Below, piece by piece: positions 12,331 to 23,225 of a DNA stretch of 64,000 nucleotides (the stretch's first letter is position 1; the number at the start of each line of letters is the position of its first letter). Both the position numbers and the translations under genes were made by a program. The DNA lies in contig NC_068985.1 in NCBI RefSeq assembly GCF_001194135.2, positions 17,239,831-17,303,830 on the forward strand. The letters are read 5' to 3'. Source of the DNA: Octopus bimaculoides (lineage: Eukaryota). The notes under the pieces were generated by a model. That model was not told the DNA's origin, did not search any database, and worked only from the letters and a program-made list of their open reading frames with translations.

Positions 12331-13605
12331 TCCACAGATACATGTACCCTTAACAGAGTTCTCAGGGTGATTCAGCATGACAAACAATGTGTCAAGGCTA
12401 GCCCTTTGAAATACCAATACAACTGATTTTTGCCAGTTGAATGGACTGGAGCAATGTGAAATAAAGTATCTTGCTCAAGGACACAATGTGCCACCGGGAA
12501 TTGAACTCACACACATACATGTGGATCATCACACACATACATGTGGATCATCACTGTTGACAAGAGTTGGGTCTACGGATACAAGCATGTGATGAAGCAG
12601 CTGTTGTCACAATGGAAAGCTCTTCATCTGCAACACATACACACACACACACACACGCATGTGTGCATGTGTGTGAGTTTGTGTGTGTACAGAAGGGAGG
12701 TCACTGACTCAGAGACAAAGGAATCTGTTGGATGAGATGATTAGCTTTTAGACACAATCAACAAGTTAATTAAGATAGATTAAAATGATGTGTTGCTTTC
12801 TGATAAAGATGGATATCATAGTCCTGGCTTCTGCCAAAAAAAAAAAAAATTAAGCAAAAACCATTTGAGATTTGAGGACATATAGATGAGGTAATATCAC
12901 ATTCAATCAAATAAAAATTAGCTATTTGAGTAAGGGTGTAGAAGTACTGGGACATGTTTCCTCAAAGAATCTCATAGCATTCCTACATCTTTCTCCAATA
13001 ATAAATTTATTTATTTATTGATTTACTTTTATTGAATGTGATTTTACCTCATCTATATTTCATGGACTTTAAAATGGTATTTGTCTAATTCCTCATCTAA
13101 GAAGTCAGGATTATAATGATTATCTTTTTTAATCACACTTATAATGTTTCATTTTAATCAATTTTAATTAACTTTTTGATTACATTTATATATTGGCCAA
13201 TAGTTGATTGTCTCATCCAAAAGATTCTTTTATTTTTGAAACACTTGATAAGAAACACGTGGTTTGCATTCAAAATACAAACCAACAAGAAATATATCAA
13301 AATAATAAAACAAAAATACATCATAAACCTAATCATCCTACCACACAAACCAATAAGAAAGCCTCTGTGATCACCCCACTTGCAAGAAAAAGGAAGTAAT
13401 TCTCCCTCAAATCTGGTTTCTTAAAAAAAAGAGTAAGTTGCAGTCTTAGGTATACTATGCCTGAATAAAAGATTGGATTGTCCGTGACTGTTATGGGTAG
13501 ATCAAAGGTCTGTTTAATCAAGTCTGACTTGGTATTGAACAGCATTTGTTTCACTGGACAATGTATATCACTGCAATACCTTAATATAACTCTTAAAACC
13601 TAGAT

Positions 13606-13922
13606 TGTGCCGGTGGCACGTGTAAAGACATTTGAGCGAGATCGTTGCCAGTGCTGCTGGACTGGCTCCTGTGCAGGTGGCATGTAAAATACACCATTTT
13701 GAGTGTGGTCGTCGCCAGTACCTCCTGACTGGCTCTCGTGCCGGTGGCACGTAAAAGCACCCACTACACTCTCGGAGTGGTTGGCATTAGGAAGGGCATC
13801 CAGCTGTAGAAACTCTGCCAAATCAGATTGGAGCCTAGTGTAGCCATCTGGTTTCACCAGTCCTCAGTCAAATCGTCCAACCCATGCTAGCATGGAAAGC
13901 GGACGTTAAATGATGATGATGA
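13606..13922 (+). mobile_element. SINE-like family C (modular 5' array, (GAT)n tail)
   Basis: Three ~64-67 bp modules starting GTGCCGGTGGCAC (13607, 13671, 13738), then a conserved body ending CCAACCCATGCTAGCATGGAAAGCGGACGTTAAA(TGA)n. Confidence 0.9.
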
Positions 13923-15549
13923 GATTGAAGAAGAGTTCAATGGGCACAACAGATCCTGGTACCAAAACAATACAGATAACACTAGCATCACTACTGCCTC
14001 CATCAGCATCTAAAACAAGCCACACTAATTCATGTAACTAACCAAGTTAACGACTATAATTCTCCTCAGGATATCACTCTCTGTTCTGTTCACACACACA
14101 CACCACAGAGATACCTAGCACAACCACTAAACAACGCAATCCCTCAACTTTTCTCAAACCATCTGCTCTTCATTACAACATGGACGTTGTTGAGCAAAGC
14201 AAAAGCAGTTTCAGAAACTTCAAAGTGTCCTGGTGGAACTTGTGCAACTCAGCAGCACAACAATCCATAAAGCATGACTTACAAGAGAACATAAAAATAA
14301 TTCAACCTAAAATATGAAATGAAATAATCAACCTGATAAAAATTAGGTGCAGGTGTAACTGCATGGCACCTTTACCAAGTATCTTCAACTATAGGCTCAA
14401 GACAATCAAAGCCTGAGTGGATTTAGTAGACGAAAATTGAAAGAAGCCCATTGTATGTATGTGTGTGTTTGTTTGTTCATGTGTGTGTGTGTTTGTTTCC
14501 TTGTCTTGACATAGCATTATAGTTGTAAAATAGTCTTTTCTACTCTAGGCACAAGGCCTGAAATTTATGGGGAGGGGGCCAGTCAATTAGATCGACCCCA
14601 GTATGTAACTGGTACTTAATTTATCAACCCCGAAAGGATGAAAGACAAAGTCAACCTTGGTGGGATTTGAACTCAGAACATAAAGACAGATGAAATACTG
14701 CTAAGCATTTTGCCCAGCGTGCTAACATTTCTGCCAGCTCGCCACCTTTGATAGTTGTAAAATAGTGTCAAAGGGCATCCAGCTGTAGAAACTCTGCCAA
14801 ATTAGATTGGAGCCTGATGTTGCCATCCGGTTTCACCAGTCCTCAGTCAAATCGTCCAACCCATGCTAGCATGGAAGGCGGACGTTAAACGATGATGATG
14901 ATGATGATGATCATACAAGCAGAGTTCTTCATTTCCAATATTCTGCAAAAAACATGTCAGGTCATGGAAACTAGTGGGGATTGGTAACAGGGTGTGATTC
15001 TGACTCAAGAAAATCTGCCTCAGGAAACTCCATCAAGCCCATGCAAGCATAGAAAAGTGGACATTGAAACAACTATGATGACAACAATGACAATAACAGT
15101 GGTTGGTTCATCAAACCACTAAACAAGGTAATATGGAAGAATATGAATCAAAGAAAAACACAAAACTGGTAGACATTGGTATTCAATAGAGTCCACAAAA
15201 CTGGACAAATTAACAGCATCAACAACCATAATAAACAACATCACATCAACAAATTGTCACAGTCCAACAGCAAACAAAGGCATTTAACAAACATTGTTTT
15301 CAAATCCTCACTCCAAAATCCACACTATGAAAGCTGGAACACAAATAATATATAATTTAATTTAAATTTGGACCTGAACTTTGAACTATTCCTTACATTA
15401 GAAACCAGAAAAGCAACAGAGAAATCCAACAAGCTGTAAACTAATAAAATTTTGAGCACACACTTAAGAAACTTCTAGCCTGAAGGAATCACTGCACTCA
15501 CTAACATCTTCAACTATTCGTATATATACACACACACACACGCATTATC

Positions 15550-15590
<41 letters not shown>

Positions 15591-15803
15591 NNNNNNNNNN
15601 NNNNNNNNNNNNNNNNNNNNNNNNNNNNNNNNNNNNNNNNNNNNNNNNNNNNNNNNNNNNNNNNNNNNNNNNNNNNNNNNNNNNNNNNNNNNNNNNNNNN
15701 NNNNNNNNNNNNNNNNNNNNNNNNNNNNNNNNNNNNNNNNNNNNNNNNNNNNNNNNNNNNNNNNNNNNNNNNNNNNNNNNNNNNNNNNNNNNNNNNNNNN
15801 NNN

Positions 15804-15839
<36 letters not shown>

Positions 15840-17605
15840 AATTTACAGAAAAACAAAAGATCAAGACAGGTGTATTAGCTTGATGCTTAGGAAAGTGAGA
15901 AAGTCTTTTACATTTTGAGCGTACACTCTTCAACAGAAAGGAATAAGAGAAAATAAACAGAGAGAGAATAAAAAAAAACGTGTGGATTTAGTGGTCAAGT
16001 ATGGCAACTGGTTCCTGGAAAAAAAAGGTTTAACAGGAGAGGGTAAAACTGGGTAAAACCATTCGCAATTTAAAAACCCAACAAAAAAACCTTTGAAGTA
16101 GTAACACAAAGACATGCCACCTTTATGAAATGTATACACAGATGACATCAATAAGTCTCCCAGTCACTCAGCAGAAACTGTTACACAACTATTCCAATGA
16201 CACATTAATCAAATCAACTTGGTTCCAAAACAAAAGACTTAGATAAAGTAGAATCTGCCATGTTCATTCAGTATGAAATACTGACAAGATCAAAGAATAT
16301 CAAATACAATAATCACACCTAAAATGTAAACAAGAAACACAAAAAACAAAAATACTAGGAATACTGTTCTCAAACACAATTAGAGCATTTATGGACATCA
16401 TGTTTGGCCATAAGTGTTCATACCACAATAAAATGACGGTTACAATGATGAATTGACAATGAACAAGAAGATTGCTGTACAAACAATATATGCTTTTCTA
16501 CTCTAGGCACAAGGCCCGAAATTTTTGGGGAGGGGGCCAGTCAATTAGAACAACCCCAGTACGCAACTGGTATTTAATTTATCAACCCCAAAAGGATGAA
16601 AGGCAAAGTTGACCATAGCGGAATTTGAACTCAGAATGTAAAAACAGACAAAATACAGCTAAGCATTTTGCTCGGCGTGCTAACGTTTCTACCAGTTCAC
16701 CGCCTTGTACAAACAATGTATTAAATTCATCATGACTTATGGTAGTTCTACCTGAGTCCTCACTCTCTCCACAATAAACTACAAACATATAAAACTGTGC
16801 AGGTGACAACAGACGATATCCACAGACCAAAGTATAAAATGCTACGAACATGAAAGGGACACAATCCTTACAAGCTCCAACCCCAATAGCCCCTACCATT
16901 ACAGGCTCAATCATCTTCAGAGCCATCTTAACATCCCATAATACTACACAATCTTTCTTAGGAGCAATATCTCTCCAAGTGAGTGCAGGTAAACTTTAAA
17001 AAAACACATAAGCCATCCAAAAATAACAGCAGAACAGTAACCTCATTAACTGCAAGCATGAATAAGCACAGAGGTAAAGCGTCACACTCTGACTGAGATG
17101 GTCTTACCCATCTCCATTGAGGTCAGTCTTTTTTTGTACATGTGTACAGAAATAGACTACATAATGGAGGGAATGAAACACACTCAACACGCACTACCAT
17201 ATTACACTCTATACAATTACCAACTGGATGGTTTAGCAAACAAATTTATGAGTCATAAGTCTTCTCAACCAATATTGACCTTCGGCTGAATATTAAAACT
17301 GTGAACATGTTTTACGTATGATAAATGAAAGAATAAAAGAAAAAGCAGTTAAGAACCAACAATGGAGATAACAATGACTGTACTCTGACACCAGAGCTCA
17401 AAAGTATTTTTTCTTAAATTACATATAATTGGTATTACAGATAATATAGTTTGGGAAGGAACAGAAGAATGTAAAATGATATGAAAATGTTGAGCCAAAG
17501 TGACAGGCTACTGTAGGAGTGAAAACTATTGTCCACACTGAAACAGAGTCCATTGTGTGCTAAAATAACGAATTGCTAAAATCAGTTACATGATGGACAA
17601 CACAC

Positions 17606-17900
17606 CATCTTCATCATCATTGTTTAATGTCTGCCTTCCATGCTGGCATGGGTTGGACAGTTTGACTGAAGGCTGGCAAACCATAAGGCTGTACCAGGCA
17701 CCAATCCGATCTGGCGAGGTTTCTACAGCTGGATGTCCTTCCTAATGCCAACCACTCTGAGAGTGTAGTGGGTGCTTTTTACGTGCCACCGGCATGAGGG
17801 TCAGTCAGGCGGTACTGGCAACAACCAGGCTTGAATGGTGCATTTTATGTGCCACCAGAATGGGAGTCAGCCAGGTAGCACTTGAATGGTGCTTTTTACA
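17606..17900 (-). mobile_element. SINE-like family C
   Basis: Reverse complement of the family C body and modules. Confidence 0.85.
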
Positions 17901-19736
17901 TCTTATGCAGTTTCTACCAACACCTTTTTGACAGATCGAGCAGGGCCATCTACCTGAAGGGATTTGTGATTTGTCTGCCTTCCTACTTACTAAGACTTTG
18001 GTTTTTGCTAGACTGTATTTAGATCATGTATTTATTTATGTCTTTCTATATTCGGAGTTTGAATCCTACCAAGGTAGACTCAGCCCTTCATCCTTTCAAG
18101 ATCAATAAAATAAGTACCAACCATGTACAGGGATCCATTTAATCAATTCACCCAAAAGTGTATCTTTAAGCCTATGCTCAAATTAAATTTGTATCTCAGG
18201 AGGGTAACTGTGCCAATAATAAACACATGCATTAGTTCTATTTCACTTCTTTATTTGTCAATTGTCAATTAATTAACCATTAGACCAATTAACAATTGAT
18301 CAATCGTTTGATTAATCATTTAGTCAATCATTCAATCAGCTAGGTTTGTTTTAAATCTTTTCATCACCATTCATGACCTCATCAATGACAATCCCTCCCT
18401 AATCAAAGCCTGCTTCAAGTTTAGTTTATATTATATAGATATCAAATTAAGAATTAATTTAAGAAGTTTAATGGAATTTAGATATAGTAGTCTATAAAAG
18501 AACTTGAAAGTAAGTTTCAAAACTATGTTACACTTTGTAGTAGAAAAAATATAATGTTATTTTGTAGCAATAGAGGTTTATATTATATATTACAATGAAA
18601 AATGCAGGCGCGTGCATGTTAATATTCTTACCTGGAAAGTACAGAACAAGATTTCTACAGTAGAATTTGCCTAATTCGTCACCTCTAAAGCAAACTAAAA
18701 AGTACTTAAAATTAAAATTCTACTTTACTTAAAATATTGCAGCCGAGAATAACATTTTTAAAATTTACTACATTTTATTGAAACAAAAATTATAAAAACA
18801 TTACTGGATTTTTCCCCAAAAAAAGTCCATCCAATTTTAAAGCCTAAGAGGGCTTATATTCAGAAACTCTTTCATGTATAGCCCAAGTAATTTTTATTAT
18901 TTTNNNNNNNNNNNNNNNNNNNNNNNNNNNNNNNNNNNNNNNNNNNNNNNNNNNNNNNNNNNNNNNNNNNNNNNNNNNNNNNNNNNNNNNNNNNNNNNNN
19001 NNNNNNNNNNNNNNNNNNNNNNNNNNNNNNNNNNNNNNNNNNNNNNNNNNNNNNNNNNNNNNNNNNNNNNNNNNNNNNNNNNNNNNNNNNNNNNNNNNNN
19101 NNNNNNNNNNNNNNNNNNNNNNNNNNNNNNNNNNNNNNNNNNNNNNNNNNNNNNNNNNAATTAGGCTAATTCTACTGTATTAATGCTAACTAATAAATTT
19201 TACTTATGATTTCTTTATCAGATTAATTTTTTTTTTAATTTGGAAGAATTGACTGAACATATGGTTGATTTGAAACCATTTAATGACCATTCTACTGCAA
19301 TCAATGTTTTTTTGTTGTTTTTTTTTGTGATGGGATTTCAATTCAAGTGAAAAAAAACAATCTTATGCAATATTATTTACGACTTCATATTTTATTGTTT
19401 GTACTTGATACAACTGAATAAAAAGACTGTTTTAATTGTATAAAAGACATGAGTTTAAAAAATGCTTTTGTTTATTTTTGTACCATGTTTTTAAAGATTT
19501 ACTTGTTTTTTAGATTCTCATAAGAGTAAAAATAAATTATCCCACATTTATCTCCTGTTTTTGACATATTTTACAGACACTTTTATTCTACTGAAGCAAT
19601 TTTCAAATTTTGTAGCTGGAAATATAGCTTAGGATGTGAGCAATCTAAAAATGTAAACATCATCTAATTTGGTTAAAAACCGAGTTAAAGACAAAGCCTA
19701 GAAGTGGTCACGAGTGGGTAACAGTTGACCTTACGA

Positions 19737-19770
19737 ATATTATTCACACACGGTAGTGTGTGAATGATAT
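19737..19770. other. Stem-loop ATTCACACAC-GGTA-GTGTGTGAAT, possibly a Helentron/HINE-type terminus
   Basis: 10-bp perfect stem (15 bp with one wobble) followed by TATATA at the end of a unique ~200-bp segment. Confidence 0.35.
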
Positions 19771-19789
19771 ATATAGTTTTTTAATATTT

Positions 19790-20315
19790 TATCCTTTTAT
19801 TTGTATTAATCATCAGATTGCAGCCATGCTGGGGCACTGCCTTTTAGTCAAATGAATCGACCCCAGTACTTATTTTTTTGTGTGTGTTTTTTTTAAGCCT
19901 GGTATTTACTAAATCAGTCTCTTTTCCTAGACTGCTATGTTATGGGGATGTAAACACACTGACATTGGTTGTCAAGCAGTGATTGGGGGATGAATGCAAT
20001 ACAAATACAAAGACACACATACATAGATACACACACACACACACACACATATATATGTATGTATGTATATATCTATGTGTGTGTGTGTGTGTGTGTGTCT
20101 TTGTGTTGCATTTGTCACACCCCTCACTGCTTGACAACTGGTGCTTCTGGGTTTACATCCACATAACTCAGTGGTTTGGCAAAAAGAGACCAACAGAATA
20201 AGTACTAGGCTTAAAAAATAAGTCCTGGGGGCAATTTGTTTGACTAAAACCCTTCAAAGCAATGTTCCAGCATGGCCGCAGTCAAATGATTGAAACAAGT
20301 AAAAGAGTAAAAAGC
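19790..20315. repeat. Inverted pair of SINE-B 3' halves joined through a (CA)n/(TG)n microsatellite
   Basis: 19790-20030 is a minus-strand 3' half and 20085-20315 a plus-strand 3' half; both lack heads. Confidence 0.8.
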
Positions 20316-20689
20316 GATACACACACACACACACACAGCAGTTTCTTCTTTCTTTATTGCCCACAAGGGGCTAAACAGAGAAGGGACAAACAAGAACAAA
20401 GGGATTAAGTCGATTACATCGACCCCAGTGTGTAACTGGTACTTAATTTATCGACCCCGAAAGGATGAAAGGCAAAGTCGACCTCGGTGGAATTTGAACT
20501 CAGAACGTAACGGCAGACAAAATACCACTAAGCACTTTGCCCAGCGTGCTAACGTTTCTGCCAGCTCGCCGCCACACAGCAGTTTCTGGTGATCAAATCC
20601 ACATGGTTGGGAATGGGAAGGAAATTTCTTACCTCACAGCCACACCTGCGCCTATTTATATAGTAATTAAAAAACAAAGTTTTTCTCAC

Positions 20690-20965
20690 CTCTTGGAATG
20701 GCTTTACTTTCGTTGTCATGATGAATTCAAATTTACATAGTTCACATGATTTAGTATCTGCACTTTTAATCCATTTTTGTAGACAAGCTTGGTGCACCCA
20801 TCGCAAACTGCCAGAACATATGCATGGCGCTACAAGAGGAGCTTCTGTTTCTCCTTCACAGTGACAAATGCGACATATATCCATATTACTTGAGTATTTT
20901 GAAACATGGGAATCACAATGTTCTGGAGGGAAGATAGGTGTTGAACTGACATGTTGTACTGATTC
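20690..20965 (-). CDS. MARCHF8: MARCHF1/8-like E3 ubiquitin ligase, RING-CH exon (92 codons, phase 0/0)
   Basis: Translates ESVQHV...[64 protein letters not shown], a C4HC3 RING-CH closely matching vertebrate MARCH1/8. Acceptor TTTACTTTGCAG|GAA at 20966/20965; donor GAG|GTGAGA at 20690/20689. Orthology to MARCHF1 versus MARCHF8 cannot be resolved. Confidence 0.95.
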
Positions 20966-21169
20966 CTGCAAAGTAAATGTCAATAATAAAGAATGATATT
21001 TCACACTGAATGATGTTATTTCTGTGTTTTTGTTAATTAACAGAATAATTAAACAGAAATCATAAACTAGCAACTATACAAATGTGACATTTGATATTCA
21101 ATGACTATCATTTATTGTCACTGAGTGGGTTTCACAATGGCTATAGCTATGAGAAAAGTTCATAAAGGG

Positions 21170-21420
21170 AGTGACTGAAGAAAGATTGTGCATGACAATA
21201 CAGCTGTTTGAATGACATTGCTTTAAAAACACTAGAACAATCACTAGGTCTGCTAGAAATAGCAGTTAAATCGCCTTCAAATTATGCTTATCTTGAAAAA
21301 GAAGATATTTTCGAATGTGGTCCTAGATAAATCAAAAAAAAAAACTGTATGGTCATAGCTGGGACTCCTTTCATCAGAGATCTGCCTGGTCAAGGCTGAC
21401 CTGGAGCTAAGCAACAACAT
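21170..21420 (+). mobile_element. Dispersed repeat family F (tail ...CTGGGGCTAAACAACAAC-like)
   Basis: Similar segments at 28690-28925 and 58720-58885, and partially at 4880-4940. Confidence 0.6.
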
Positions 21421-21576
21421 AAATGTAAACCTGATTAACTCATTTTGATTATCTACCTAGCTATATACTACTAAAACTTTGTGATTGCTTGCTTGCATGC
21501 ATGCTTTTCTGTAATTTAATACAGCCAAACCAGCGCATAACAGGAAAATACTCTGAAAGTAAGGTACCCTTGAAAT

Positions 21577-21770
21577 GTGCGGGTGACACGTAAAAGCACC
21601 CACTACACTCTCTGAGTGGTTGGCGTTAGGAAGGGCATCCAGCTGTAGAAACTCTGCCAAATCAGATTGGAGCTTGGTGTTGCCATCCGGTTTCACCAGT
21701 CCTCAGTCAAATCGTCCAACCCATGCTAGCATGGAAGGCGGACGTTAAACAATGATGATGATGATGATGA
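21577..21770 (+). mobile_element. SINE-like family C, one module
   Basis: Body nearly identical to 13740-13920. Confidence 0.9.
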
Positions 21771-22559
21771 AATGGAATAAAACAAGTTTCGTGTAAATCG
21801 GAACAGGGGAACATATAATACTGTGAAAATTGTTTCCATTAATTTTTATGTTTACATTATATAGCAATTCCTTTTGCATTTTTGTTTAAATGTGTCCATA
21901 TGCCATAAATAAATGCAGTTAGTGGAGTTCAAGTTTATCCCAGAAGTTCTATTTCTAGTAGATGCTGTAAATAATCAATAAAACCTTAAACATGAACTTG
22001 TAAGCCAGACCTATGATGACACAAACAAATACAAATATTTAACTGAATCATCATAAAATTAACTTTCATTTCAATGCAATGTTGCAATCAGCTTCAATGT
22101 TTTATAACCTTAACCGTCAGTGACCCAACGGGTCACGGGTAGTCTGGTACCTTTATAATAATGTTCACTGGTTGAGTTTCCTCTAGTCTTCACATTAACA
22201 TTGCAGGATAAGATAATTCATTAAACTAGCCCAACCCATGTCAGCATGGAGCATGGACATTAAATGATGATGAAGATAATAATGATGATGATGATGATGA
22301 TGATGATATTAGCCCCATTTTCAGAAACAAATTTTTTTTAATATTTACATACACGCTGTATTTGATTGGCTTCAATTCCAGTAGTTATCAAATGTTGCCA
22401 GCAGAGATAATAGAATATTTTCTGGTTTATTTTTATTCTAGCTACAATGTTTTCCGAACACCTATCCACTACTGCTAATTAGGGTATCTAGATTAGGGTA
22501 TCTAATCTAGATACCTTAATGAGATACCTTCAAAGCTGCCTGGGCATTTGAGGGAGTTT

Positions 22560-22830
22560 ATTTTTCGTATGCTCTTCATATAATTGTCCCTACACACCTG
22601 TTGCACACGAAGTCTACCTTCTTTGTTGGCCTATGTGTGATCACTCTACACCTCTTGTGTCCTCATAATTTACACCACCTGGAATATCTACCTATACCTT
22701 TGCTATATGTGTTAAATGCAGCCATTTCACTGCTAGTGGTAGGGTTCAGTCTTCTCTCTTACTTCTGAATACTTTGGTCACTGCTAAGTTTTCTCTGAGG
22801 CTTCTCAATTCCAGGTTTTGCTTTCATGTC
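22560..22830 (-). mobile_element. RTE-clade LINE RT fragment
   Basis: Degenerate frames resembling KF..WK.NLE.KGL..NL..TKV followed by the Cys-rich segment (W.C..C.KG.G..S..C..C...HKRC...DFVCNRC) seen in RTE ORFs. Confidence 0.6.
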
Positions 22831-22854
22831 TGGAAATTTTCTCTAAATCATTGA

Positions 22855-23225
22855 TGGTGGCATGGCTGTGTGGTTAAGAAGCTTACTTTGCAACCACATG
22901 GTTTTGGGTTCAGTCCCAGTGTGTGGCACCTTGGACAATTATCTTCTACTCTAGCCCTGAACCAACCAATGCCGTGTGAGTGAATTTAGTAAAAGGAAAC
23001 TGAAATAAGCCCATCGTAGACGTGTGTGTGTCCCCTTTTCACTGCTTGGCAATCAGAGTTGGTTTGTTTACATCCCTGTAAATTAGCAGTTTTGGCAAAA
23101 GAAACAAATAAATTAGTAGCAAACTTTGAAAATATGTAATGGGGTTAATTTGTTTGACTAAACACATCAAAGTGGTGCCCCAGTATGGCTGCAATACAAT
23201 GACTGAAACAAGTAAAAGATAAAAG
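22855..23225 (+). mobile_element. SINE family B
   Basis: Head, core-like motif, short internal (TG)n, and 3' half ending GACTGAAACAAGTAAAAGA. Confidence 0.85.

Noticed and set aside
13606-13760. Repeat-spacer appearance resembling a CRISPR array
   Set aside because: The context is eukaryotic, the apparent spacers are homologous to each other, the unit is part of a dispersed retroposon, and there are no cas genes.
13600-13857. Recurrent ORF MKPDG.TRLQSDLAEFLQLDALPNANHSESVVGAFTCH (also 21457 and 33322)
   Set aside because: It is the antisense reading of young family C copies; the identity reflects recent transposition, and the frames diverge or stop outside the shared body.
16582-17289. Hydrophobic ORFs in the RING-TM intron as an alternative TM exon
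   Set aside because: No convincing similarity to MARCH TM segments, no matching phase-0 splice sites, and frequent stops.
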